From NCBI GenBank assembly GCA_037443725.1, contig JBBINU010000004.1, forward strand, positions 239,451 through 303,450: a stretch of 64,000 nucleotides of DNA, given 5' to 3'. Position numbers and translations under genes: made by a program. The stretch comes from Actinomycetota bacterium (GTDB lineage: Bacteria; Actinomycetota; JBBINU01). Under the pieces are notes generated by a model. The model searched no databases and was not told where the DNA came from. It saw only the letters and a list, made by a program, of their open reading frames with translations. This document shows, in pieces, positions 18,850 through 27,325 of the stretch. Numbering within the stretch: position 1 is the first letter of the stretch; each line of letters opens with the position of its first letter.

Positions 18850-20379
18850 GTGGCCGGAGGAACTTACATCCTCGCCCACGATGTCGGTACCTCGGGAAAC
18901 AAGGCCGTCCTGGTCGACCTGGATGGTAGGCTGGTGGCCAAGGCGGTCCAGCCTTACCGGGTGAGCTACCCGAGGCCGGGGTGGGCGGAGCAGGATCCCG
19001 AGGACTGGTGGGGGGCGGTCGCCAGGACCACCCGGGAAGTGCTCGGAAGATCCGGCGTGGCCCCCGAGGAGGTGGCCTGCCTCACCTGGAGCTACCAGCT
19101 TCTCGGGATAGTCCCCATGTCCCGCCGGGGGGAGGTCATAAGACCGGCCATCCTCTGGCTGGACAGCAGGGCCGAGGAGGAGGCCCGCAAGGCCATGAGG
19201 AAGCTCGGGGGGCCCCGGATCTTTCGCCTCCTGGCGGGGGCCACCATCACAGGTAAGGACGGCATCCCCAAGCTCCTCTGGCTCAAACGTCAGGAACCCG
19301 AGACGTACAGGGCTATGGACTTCTTCCTTGACGTCGGGGGGTACCTCGTCTGGCGCGCCACGGGCAGGGCCGTCATGGACCTCACGGGGGCTTCCGCCTT
19401 CGGCCTCGACCTCAAAAAGAAGACGTGGCTCAGGGGGTTCATGAGCTACCTCGGCCTCGACACGAGCAAGCTCCCGCCCTTGGTGAGGTCCGTGGAGGTG
19501 GTGGGGGGGCTCACCCGGGAGGCCGCAAGCGACCTCGGCCTTAAGGAGGGAACCCCCGTCGTGGCCGGAGCGGGCGACGTCCCCTCGGCCTCCGTCGGCG
19601 CTGGCGCTGTCGGAGAGGGCGAGGGTCACCTCTACCTCGGAACATCGGCCTGGCTTGCGGTGGTGACTTCCAGGACCCCGAGGGGAAAGCACGGCGTGGT
19701 GGCCATCCAGTCTGCAGACCCGAGCATGAACCTTCTCCTGGCGGAGATGGAGACAGCGGGGGCCTGTGTGGAGAGGGTCGCAGGGGAGCTCTACCGCCAC
19801 GAGGCAGGTTCCGGCGGCAGGGAAGCGGCCTTTGAGGCCATGAACGCCGAGGCCGAGAAGGCGCCCCCGGGCTCCGCCGGCCTCATCTTCCTTCCCTGGA
19901 TGTACGGGGAGCGCTCCCCCATCTCGGACAGCCTTCTCCGGGCGGCCTTCGTCAACTTAAGCCTCGACCACGGCAGGGAACACCTTGCTCGCTCCGTCTA
20001 CGAGGGGATCTCCTTCAACATCAGATGGGCCCTGGAGGTGGTGGAGGGCGGCTTCGGAGTCCGCCTTCCCTCCTTGAGGGTGATAGGCGGAGGGGCCCTC
20101 TCCAGGCCCTGGATGCAGATCCTCGCGGACGTCACGAACAGGCCCGTGGAGGTGGTCCAGGAACCCCAGGAGGCGGGGGCGGTGGGGGCTGCCCTCACGG
20201 CCGCCGTAGGCATCGGCGCTCACCCTGGGTTCCCCCACCTCCGGAACCTCGTAAGGATAGCCGCCCGGTACGAGCCCCTCCCTGGCAGGGAGGGGCTCTA
20301 CGACGGTCCCTACCGGGCCTTCAAGGATCTCTACGCGGCCCTCCGGGGCATCTACCACCGCCTGAACAGGCCCGGGTAG
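18850..20379 (+). CDS. FGGY-family carbohydrate kinase (xylulokinase/glycerol-kinase-like)
   Basis: An N-terminal 'TYILAHDVGTSGNKAVLVD' sugar-kinase motif is present, with FGGY_N and FGGY_C architecture. The start is placed at a GTG (V40 of the track ORF) just downstream of the upstream gene's stop, rather than at 18733, which overlaps the upstream gene by 64 nt. Confidence 0.8.
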   Translation: MAGGTYILAHDVGTSGNKAVLVDLDGRLVAKAVQPYRVSYPRPGWAEQDPEDWWGAVARTTREVLGRSGVAPEEVACLTWSYQLLGIVPMSRRGEVIRPAILWLDSRAEEEARKAMRKLGGPRIFRLLAGATITGKDGIPKLLWLKRQEPETYRAMDFFLDVGGYLVWRATGRAVMDLTGASAFGLDLKKKTWLRGFMSYLGLDTSKLPPLVRSVEVVGGLTREAASDLGLKEGTPVVAGAGDVPSASVGAGAVGEGEGHLYLGTSAWLAVVTSRTPRGKHGVVAIQSADPSMNLLLAEMETAGACVERVAGELYRHEAGSGGREAAFEAMNAEAEKAPPGSAGLIFLPWMYGERSPISDSLLRAAFVNLSLDHGREHLARSVYEGISFNIRWALEVVEGGFGVRLPSLRVIGGGALSRPWMQILADVTNRPVEVVQEPQEAGAVGAALTAAVGIGAHPGFPHLRNLVRIAARYEPLPGREGLYDGPYRAFKDLYAALRGIYHRLNRPG

Positions 20380-20405
20380 CAGAGTGGGGAGCCGCCGCTA
20401 GCCCC

Positions 20406-21380
20406 TCACCCCCCTATCTGCGACATGCTCCGGTGGGGGCGGAGAAAGTCTGGCTTTCCTATGCGATGACCCGCCCACTTCCTGGCAACGGCGGCCCTGA
20501 TGAGTCCCTCGAGCTCCTCATCGCTCGCACCCGCCCGGAGGGGACCCTTCAGGTCCGTCTCCTCCAGCGCAAAAAGGCAGGTCCGGAGCTGCCCGTCAGC
20601 GGTGAGCCTAACCCTGTTGCAGGAGGAGCAGAAGGGGTCTGTTACGGAGGAGATGAAGCCCACGGCGCCCGGGGAACCGTCGGCGAAGCGGTACACTTTT
20701 GCGGGCTGGGGCCTCCCATCGGAGTAGATCAGGGGGAACCTCGCGGCCACCGCCGCGTAGGCCTCGTGCCAGGGGACCACCTTTCCCCATTCCCAGGCCC
20801 TCTCAGCATCCAGGGGCATGTACTCGATGAATCTCACCTCGTAGCCTGTAGCTCTGGCCAGTTCCGCAAAGGACAGAACCTCGTCCTCGTTCACCCCGCG
20901 AATGAGAACGCAGTTCAGCTTGATCGGCCAGAAGCCGGCTTCCTCGGCCGCCCGCAGCCCCTCAAGAACCCTTTGGAAGACCCTCCGCCTGACGACCGAG
21001 GCATACTTTGAGCCCACCAGGGAGTCCAGAGAGACCGTGACGCGGTCCAGGCCGGCCTTCCGAAGAGGTCCCGCCAGGGAGGGGAGGAGAATCCCATTGG
21101 TTGTGATGGAGAGGTCCAGGTGGGGTCCGACCTCTCGTACCGCCCGGACGATATCCACAAGATCCGGTCGGAGGGTGGGTTCGCCACCCGTCAGTTTCAC
21201 TTCCTCCACCCCGAGCCCCACGAAAATCCGGACCAGGCGCCCTATCTCCTCGGCAGTGAGGACCTCCTCTCGCGGGAGCCACGGCAGGCCCTCCTTCGGC
21301 ATGCAATAGGTACAACGGAGGTTGCAGCGGTCGGTGACGGAAACGCGAAGGTCCCTCACCACCCGGCCGAAGGAGTCCAC
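20406..21380 (-). CDS. moaA: GTP 3',8-cyclase (molybdenum cofactor biosynthesis protein A)
   Basis: A radical-SAM motif (RVSVTDRCNLRCTYCMP), the MoaA twitch/C-terminal Cys motifs (CSSCNRVRLTADGQLRTCLF) and a C-terminal GG are present. The start is placed at a GTG about 10 aa before the CxxxCxxC motif. The track ORF (485 aa) carries a 160-aa Gly/Arg/Pro-rich extension that is probably non-coding. Confidence 0.75.
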   Translation of the reverse strand: MDSFGRVVRDLRVSVTDRCNLRCTYCMPKEGLPWLPREEVLTAEEIGRLVRIFVGLGVEEVKLTGGEPTLRPDLVDIVRAVREVGPHLDLSITTNGILLPSLAGPLRKAGLDRVTVSLDSLVGSKYASVVRRRVFQRVLEGLRAAEEAGFWPIKLNCVLIRGVNEDEVLSFAELARATGYEVRFIEYMPLDAERAWEWGKVVPWHEAYAAVAARFPLIYSDGRPQPAKVYRFADGSPGAVGFISSVTDPFCSSCNRVRLTADGQLRTCLFALEETDLKGPLRAGASDEELEGLIRAAVARKWAGHRIGKPDFLRPHRSMSQIGG

Positions 21381-21583
21381 CAGAGGCGCCCGCGCCCCAG
21401 AGCCCTCGGAACGGGCGGGCCGAACCGGGACCGCACTCCAGAGGGAAGTACCGGCGGCTGAACTGTCTTGAGGCACAGGGACCGGGGCCGCAGAAGCAGA
21501 GGGGCCTCTCCTGGCTGCTGCCTTCTCAGTCACGGCGGCTCCTCGTAGGCCACCTCCCCGACCGCCCCGGCAGGCGGATTCTA

Positions 21584-22726
21584 TCACCTTCCCGCCACTG
21601 CCCCCGCTGCCAGGAGTTTCCCTATTTCCTCCCGGGTGAAACCCCACTCCTCCAGGACCTCGGCGGTGTGCTCCCCGGGTCTCGGTGGCGGACGCCTCAC
21701 ACCCCCCGGGGTCCTCGTGAACCTCGGAGCCGGCCCGGGCTGCAGGACACCGTCGAGGGTGATGAAGTTTCCCCGGGCCCTGTTGTGGGGGTGCTCGGGG
21801 GCCTCGGACATGGCCAGGACTGGGGCGAAGCAGGCGTCGGTTCCCTCGAGCACCTCCCGCCACTCCTCCCGGGTCTTCGTCTTGAAGACCCTGGCCAGGA
21901 CCTCCCGAAGTTGGGGCCAGCGAGAGCGGTCTGTCGGGGGCGGGAGGTCGTCCGGGCCGAGCCCGAGGCGCTCCAGGAGCTCCCGGTAGAACTGGGGCTC
22001 CAGGGCCCCGACCGCGACGTACTTACCGTCGGCCGTCTCGTACACGTCGTAGAAGGGGGCTCCCGAGTCGAGGAGGTTCACTCCCCTTTCCTCGCTCCAC
22101 ATCCCCATGGCCTTGAGCCCGTAGGTCATGGCCATTAGCAGGGCCGCTCCGTCCACCATGGCGACGTCCACGACCTGCCCCTGGCCCGAACGGAGGGCTT
22201 CCAGCAACCCGGCGACTACCCCGAAGGCGAGGAGCATCCCCCCGCCGCCGAAATCCCCCACCAAGTTGAGAGGCGGAACCGGAGGCTGCCCGGCCCGGCC
22301 CACGTGGGCGAGGACCCCCGCGAGGGCGATGTAGTCGATGTCGTGGCCGGCCGCGTGGGCCAGGGGGCCCTCCTGGCCCCAACCCGTCATCCGGGCGTAG
22401 ACGAGCCGTGGGTTCCTCGCCATGCAGGCTTCGGGTCCAACACCCAGCCTCTCCACAACCCCCGGCCTGAAACCTTCGATGACGGCGTCAGCCTTCTCCG
22501 CAAGCCTGAGGACCACCTCGGGTCCGTGCGGGTTCTTGAGATCGACCGCGACTGACCTCTTCCCCCTGAGCAGTGGATCGAGGGGGCGGCCCGAGGCTTC
22601 CCTTGCCGCCTCCACCCGCTCCACCCGTACCACGTCAGCCCCCATGTCTGCCAGGACCATTCCCCCGAAAGGGGCAGGGCCTATCCCGCCCAGCTCCAGC
22701 ACCCTTATTCCTGAAAGAGGTCCCAC
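21584..22726 (-). CDS. CoA-transferase family III protein (CaiB/BaiF/alpha-methylacyl-CoA-racemase-like)
   Basis: It shows family III CoA-transferase similarity throughout ([13 protein letters not shown]…, [12 protein letters not shown]…, catalytic Asp region [13 protein letters not shown]). The start is placed at a GTG preceded by AAAGGAGGT. The track start at 22750 is 8 codons upstream. Confidence 0.8.
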   Translation of the reverse strand: MGPLSGIRVLELGGIGPAPFGGMVLADMGADVVRVERVEAAREASGRPLDPLLRGKRSVAVDLKNPHGPEVVLRLAEKADAVIEGFRPGVVERLGVGPEACMARNPRLVYARMTGWGQEGPLAHAAGHDIDYIALAGVLAHVGRAGQPPVPPLNLVGDFGGGGMLLAFGVVAGLLEALRSGQGQVVDVAMVDGAALLMAMTYGLKAMGMWSEERGVNLLDSGAPFYDVYETADGKYVAVGALEPQFYRELLERLGLGPDDLPPPTDRSRWPQLREVLARVFKTKTREEWREVLEGTDACFAPVLAMSEAPEHPHNRARGNFITLDGVLQPGPAPRFTRTPGGVRRPPPRPGEHTAEVLEEWGFTREEIGKLLAAGAVAGR

Positions 22727-22914
22727 CTCACCTCCTTTCGCCCGTACCACTCCGGGGACCGCCTTTCCCTGTAGACTGCGTCACGCCCCTGGGGAAGCCG
22801 GCCTCGACCTCCCGGTCGAACCCCCGCTCTTCCCCACCCTTTGGAGGTGCCGGGCGGGGCTATGCTAACCGTTGGGGTCCCGAGCCGCCCTAGGAGTAGC
22901 CCAAGGAGGGGAAG

Positions 22915-24879
22915 ATGCCGGTGGAGGAGGGAGCGCTTCTCTGGCGGCCCTCGGAGGAGTGGACGGAGCGGGCCGCCATCACCAGGTACATGGCGTGGCT
23001 CAAGGAGAAGAGGGGGCTGGAATTCGCCTCCTACGAGGAGCTATGGGAGTGGTCCGTGAGCGACCTCGATGGTTTTTGGTCGTCGGTCGCGGATTTCTTC
23101 GGGGTTCGCTTCCGGAAGCCGTGGTCCCGCGTGCTCGCCTCGAGGGAGATGCCTGGCGCACGGTGGTTCGAAGGAGCCGAGCTGAACTACGCGGAGCATG
23201 CCTTGGCCAGGAGGGACGACGCTCCCGCGTTCATCTTTGCCAGGGAGGACGGCTTCAGGCGGACCATGACCTACGCCGAGCTTTACCGGGCCGTCGCCAG
23301 GGTCCAGGCAGGGCTCGAGGCCCTGGGGGTCCGCCGCGGAGACCGGGTGGCGGCATACCTTCCGAACGGGCCCGAGGCCCTCATCGCCCTCCTCGCCACA
23401 GCCGGCCTCGGGGCCATCTGGTCCTCCTGCTCTCCAGACTTCGGGGTGAGGGCGGTGGTGGACAGATTCCGCCAGATCGAGCCGAAGGTGCTCCTGGCCG
23501 TAGACGGCTACCTGTATGGGGGCAAGGCCTTTCGTCGCCTGGAAGAGGTGGCCGAGGTGGAGAAGGAAATACCCAGCCTCGAGGCGACCGTGGTCGTTCC
23601 GTACCTCGAGTCCAATCCCGATCTCTCGACCCTCGCCAGGGGTCTTCTCTGGAGAGAGCTGGAGGCCGATGCCCGCGAGGTCCGCTTCGAGGCGGTTCCC
23701 TTCGACCATCCCCTCTGGATCCTCTACTCCTCGGGCACCACGGGTCTGCCCAAGGCCATGGTTCACGGCCACGGAGGTATTCTCTTGGAGCACCTCAAGG
23801 CCCTCTCCCTCCACCATGACATCGGCCCCGGGGACGTCTTCTTCTGGTTCACCACGACGGGGTGGATGATGTGGAACTTCCTCATAAGCGGCTTGCTGCT
23901 CGGTGCCACCATCGTCATGTACGACGGAAGCCCCGGCTACCCCGACATGATGGCCCTCTGGAGGCTGGCTGAGGAGACCCGCATGACCTGCTTCGGGACG
24001 AGCGCCCCCTACATCCTGGCCTGCATGAAGGCGGGAATTCGCCCTGCCGAGCGCGATCTCTCGTCCTTAAGGAGCGTGGGCTCAACAGGGGCCCCTCTCC
24101 CGCCCGAAGGCTTTCAGTGGGTGTACGAGAACGTCAAGGCCGATCTGGATCTCGGCTCCATGAGCGGTGGGACAGACCTGTGCACCGCCTTTGTCGGTGC
24201 CTGCCCCATCCTCCCCGTCTACGCCGGGGAGATCCAGTGCCGCATGCTCGGGGCAAAGGTGGAGGCCTTCGATGAAGAGGGCAGGGCCGTGGTGAACCAG
24301 GTTGGGGAGCTAGTCCTCACCGAGCCCATGCCGTCCATGCCCGTCTTCTTCTGGGCCGACCCCGACGGAAAGAGGTACAGGGAGAGCTACTTCGAGTTCT
24401 TCCCGGGCGTCTGGAGGCATGGGGACTGGGTCAAGGTGACGGAGAGGGGAACCGTTGTCATCTACGGCCGGTCGGACTCGACCCTGAAGCGCGCGGGGGT
24501 ACGGATGGGGACGAGCGAGTTCTACCGAGTGGTTGAGGAGATGCCCGAGGTCGTCGACTCCCTGGTCGTGGACACAGGGGAACTTGGCAAAGAGGGCAAG
24601 CTCGTCCTCTTCGTCCAGGCCGCCGAGGGCGTGGACTTCCAGGAGCTCGCCCTTCGCATCCGGGAGAAGGTGAGGAGGGAGCTCTCCCCGAGGCACGTGC
24701 CCGACCTCGTGTTGCCCGTGCCCTCCGTTCCAAGAACCCTGAACGGGAAGAAGCTGGAGGTCCCCATCAAAAGGATTCTTCTCGGAGCCCCCCTGGAGAA
24801 GGTTGTAAACCCAGGGGCCGTGACCGACCCGGAAGCGGTTAGGTTCATAGCGGAGCTCGCGAAGACCCTCGAGCTCTGA
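22915..24879 (+). CDS. Acetoacetyl-CoA synthetase (acetoacetate--CoA ligase)
   Basis: The 654-aa product shows AACS-type N-terminal similarity (WRPSEEWTERAAITRYMAWL…) and AMP-binding motifs (YSSGTTGLPKAMVH, …GDW…). An RBS GGAGGGGAAG precedes the start. Confidence 0.85.
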   Translation: MPVEEGALLWRPSEEWTERAAITRYMAWLKEKRGLEFASYEELWEWSVSDLDGFWSSVADFFGVRFRKPWSRVLASREMPGARWFEGAELNYAEHALARRDDAPAFIFAREDGFRRTMTYAELYRAVARVQAGLEALGVRRGDRVAAYLPNGPEALIALLATAGLGAIWSSCSPDFGVRAVVDRFRQIEPKVLLAVDGYLYGGKAFRRLEEVAEVEKEIPSLEATVVVPYLESNPDLSTLARGLLWRELEADAREVRFEAVPFDHPLWILYSSGTTGLPKAMVHGHGGILLEHLKALSLHHDIGPGDVFFWFTTTGWMMWNFLISGLLLGATIVMYDGSPGYPDMMALWRLAEETRMTCFGTSAPYILACMKAGIRPAERDLSSLRSVGSTGAPLPPEGFQWVYENVKADLDLGSMSGGTDLCTAFVGACPILPVYAGEIQCRMLGAKVEAFDEEGRAVVNQVGELVLTEPMPSMPVFFWADPDGKRYRESYFEFFPGVWRHGDWVKVTERGTVVIYGRSDSTLKRAGVRMGTSEFYRVVEEMPEVVDSLVVDTGELGKEGKLVLFVQAAEGVDFQELALRIREKVRRELSPRHVPDLVLPVPSVPRTLNGKKLEVPIKRILLGAPLEKVVNPGAVTDPEAVRFIAELAKTLEL

Positions 24880-24920
24880 GAGATCCGCCACTCTGGCCGA
24901 AAGGCGGCTAGAATCCCGCT

Positions 24921-25184
24921 ATGCAGGTCACGGTTAAGCTCTACGCCACCCTCGGGAGGTTCCTGCCGCCAGGGTCGAGGAACCGCTCGGCCGAGATGGA
25001 GGTGGGGGAGGGGACGACCCTTCTTGACCTCCTCGACTCCCTCGGCATCCCCCCCGCCGAGAGGCACCTGGTCGTGCTGAACGGGAGGCAGATCGAGGGC
25101 AGGGACCGGGAAGCCCTGGCCGAGACGAGGCTTACCCCGGGGGCCACCGTCGCTGTCTTCCCTCCCGTGGCGGGCGGTCGCTGA
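24921..25184 (+). CDS. MoaD/ThiS-family sulfur-carrier-like protein (ends …VAGG-R)
   Basis: The 87-aa product has a beta-grasp-like sequence (MQVTVKLYATLGRF…) and sits immediately upstream of moeA. It has a C-terminal Gly-Gly followed by one extra Arg before the stop. Confidence 0.6.
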   Translation: MQVTVKLYATLGRFLPPGSRNRSAEMEVGEGTTLLDLLDSLGIPPAERHLVVLNGRQIEGRDREALAETRLTPGATVAVFPPVAGGR

Positions 25185-25185
25185 G

Positions 25186-26460
25186 ATGGCAAGGGGCGAG
25201 GAAGAAGGGCTCCTCTCAGTGGAGGAAGCTCGGGACCTCATTCTCTCCCACATCTCTCCCCTCCCCCCTAGGGAGTTCCTGCTCCCCGAAGCCGTCGGCC
25301 TCGTCCTCGCAGAAGATGCGGTGGCGACTTCTCCCATCCCTGCTCACGACAACTGCGCCGTGGACGGATACGCCGTGAGATGGAGGGATGTAGAGGGCGC
25401 GAGCCCTGGCGCCCCCGCCCGCCTCCGCTGGATAGGCGACCTCCCCGCGGGGAAGTCCCCGGAACTCTCCCTGCGGGAGGGGGAGGCCATAAGGGTCGGT
25501 ACGGGTGCCCCCACACCCCCAGGGGCAGACACAGTGGTTCCTGTGGAAGACACCCGCCTCGAGGGAGTGGAGGTGCTGGTCTTGAGGGACCCGGGGGAGG
25601 GAGCCAACATAAGGAGGGCGGGGGAGGACGTGAGAGAGGGGGAGGTGGTCCTCAGGGCCGGAAGGCTCCTCTGGGGTCCGGACCTCGGCATTCTCGCGGC
25701 CATCGGGAAATGGAGGGTCCTCGCGAGGCCCCGGCCCAGGGTGGCCATCCTCTCCACAGGGGACGAGGTGGTGGAGCCCTGGGAGGAGATGGGGCCCGGT
25801 AAGGTCAGGGACGCCAACTCCTACATGCTCGCGGCCCTGGTGGCGGAAGCAGGAGGGGTCCCTATCCGCCTCGGCATCTCCCCGGACCGGAACGAGCCTC
25901 TGGAGGAACTCCTCAAGCGGGGGCTGGGGGCGGGAGACGCGGTGATTGCCTCGGGGGGCGTCTCCATGGGCGCCCACGACCTCATGAAGGAGGTCCTTTC
26001 GGGCGCCGGGGAGCTCCGCCTCTGGCAGGTGGCGATGCAGCCAGGCCGCCCTCTGGCCTTCGCCACTGCCTCCGGCAAGCCTGTCTTCGGCCTCCCGGGC
26101 AACCCCGTGGCCGTCTTCGTCTCCTTCCACGTCTTTGTCCTCCCCGCCCTCTGGAGGATGGCGGGACGGGAGGGGTCGCCGTGGAGACGCGTCCGCCTCC
26201 CCCTGGCCGAGCCGGTGAGACGCAAGCCCGGAAGAGCCTACTTCCTCCGGGCAAAGCTTATAGATACGCCAGGGGGGGCTGCCCTCACCCTGACCGGCCC
26301 TCAGGGCTCGGGGATCTTGAGCTCCTGCGTGGCGGCCGACGCCATCATCGTCGTGCCGCCCGAGAGGACCGTCCTCGAAGCCGGGGCAGAGGTGGAAGCG
26401 TGGCTCCTCCCACCCTCTCAGGTTCGGGTAGCTCGCCGGCCCGTCAGCCTGCCGGCGTGA
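25186..26460 (+). CDS. moeA: Molybdopterin molybdotransferase
   Basis: The 424-aa product shows MoeA similarity (…AVDGYAVR…, [39 protein letters not shown]). Confidence 0.9.
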   Translation: MARGEEEGLLSVEEARDLILSHISPLPPREFLLPEAVGLVLAEDAVATSPIPAHDNCAVDGYAVRWRDVEGASPGAPARLRWIGDLPAGKSPELSLREGEAIRVGTGAPTPPGADTVVPVEDTRLEGVEVLVLRDPGEGANIRRAGEDVREGEVVLRAGRLLWGPDLGILAAIGKWRVLARPRPRVAILSTGDEVVEPWEEMGPGKVRDANSYMLAALVAEAGGVPIRLGISPDRNEPLEELLKRGLGAGDAVIASGGVSMGAHDLMKEVLSGAGELRLWQVAMQPGRPLAFATASGKPVFGLPGNPVAVFVSFHVFVLPALWRMAGREGSPWRRVRLPLAEPVRRKPGRAYFLRAKLIDTPGGAALTLTGPQGSGILSSCVAADAIIVVPPERTVLEAGAEVEAWLLPPSQVRVARRPVSLPA

Positions 26461-26698
26461 GGGCCACGTACCTCTTCCCCGCCCGGGTGTAGAAGGTCAC
26501 GTAGCCCGAGGCGAGAGCGTAAAGAGTGTCATCGGAACCCCTGCCCACCCCGGGACCCGGATGGAACCGCGTCCCCCTCTGCCTGACCAAGATGGCTCCG
26601 GGTCTCACCAGAGAACCGCCGGGCGCTTTGACTCCGAGACGCTTGCCTCGGCTGTCCCGACCGTTTCTCGAGCTCCCGCCGCCTTTCTTGTGTGCCAC
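26444..26698 (-). CDS. rpmA: 50S ribosomal protein L27
   Basis: The product reads [28 protein letters not shown]…[11 protein letters not shown]. The GTG start is preceded by AGGAGGG. The 103-aa track ORF's N-extension was discarded. Confidence 0.9.
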   Translation of the reverse strand: MAHKKGGGSSRNGRDSRGKRLGVKAPGGSLVRPGAILVRQRGTRFHPGPGVGRGSDDTLYALASGYVTFYTRAGKRYVALTPAG

Positions 26699-26699
26699 C

Positions 26700-27071
26700 T
26701 CAGCCCTCCTGCTCCCTTCCTCCTTCCGCGGCTCCCGCCTTCCCGGCCGACTCACCCCCGAGCCCGGGAGCGACTATCTCCTCCACCTCGAGCAGGCTGA
26801 GGGGCTGCCGATGCCCCAGGGTTCTTTTATATCCGGTCTTGGGACGGTAGACGAAGACCCGAATCTTCTCCCCGCGGAAATGCTTGACGACCCGGGCCTT
26901 CACCTCCGCTCCGGCGAGGGCCTCTCCCAGGAGAACCCGGCCACCATCTGAGATCATGAGCGGCTCAAGCCCCACCTCGGCCCCCTCAGGCAGGCCGAGC
27001 CTCTCGACAGCGAGCCGCTCGCCAGGACGGACCGCGTACTGCTTTCCGCCTGTCTTTACCACCGCGTACAT
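26700..27071 (-). CDS. rplU: 50S ribosomal protein L21
   Basis: The product begins [20 protein letters not shown]. Its stop lies 1 nt before the rpmA start. Confidence 0.9.
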   Translation of the reverse strand: MYAVVKTGGKQYAVRPGERLAVERLGLPEGAEVGLEPLMISDGGRVLLGEALAGAEVKARVVKHFRGEKIRVFVYRPKTGYKRTLGHRQPLSLLEVEEIVAPGLGGESAGKAGAAEGGREQEG

Positions 27072-27134
27072 CCCCTCGCCTCCACCCGCTACTCGGAGGG
27101 GCCGCTCCAGATAAAAAAGGCCCTAAGGGGCTAG

Positions 27135-27208
27135 TTGCGGGGGCGGGATTTGAACCCGCGACCTCTGGGTTATGAGCCCAGCGAGCTACCGGACTGCTCC
27201 ACCCCGCG
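27135..27208 (-). tRNA. Initiator tRNA-Met (anticodon CAT)
   Basis: The reverse complement reads CGCGGGGTGGAGCAGTCCGGTAGCTCGCTGGGCTCATAACCCAGAGGTCGCGGGTTCAAATCCCGCCCCCGCAA. It is nearly identical to E. coli tRNA-fMet, including the C1:A72 mismatch and the three G-C pairs in the anticodon stem. CCA is not encoded. Confidence 0.85.
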
Positions 27209-27325
27209 GTGTCAAAGCTATTATGCACACCGCCCGCGCGCCCCACAAATCGGCACCCGTCCCCCGAGGGCTCGTCTCCGAGATCGGGGAGGAGAGCCCA
27301 GCGCCGCTACTGGCTAACCCCGCGC

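Noticed and set aside
20406-21863. The full 485-aa moaA ORF, with a 160-aa N-terminal extension overlapping the CoA-transferase gene.
   Set aside because: The extension is a Gly/Arg/Pro-rich low-complexity translation typical of GC-rich off-frame sequence. MoaA homology begins about 10 aa before the CxxxCxxC motif. The shorter form is preferred, though this is flagged as uncertain in the findings.
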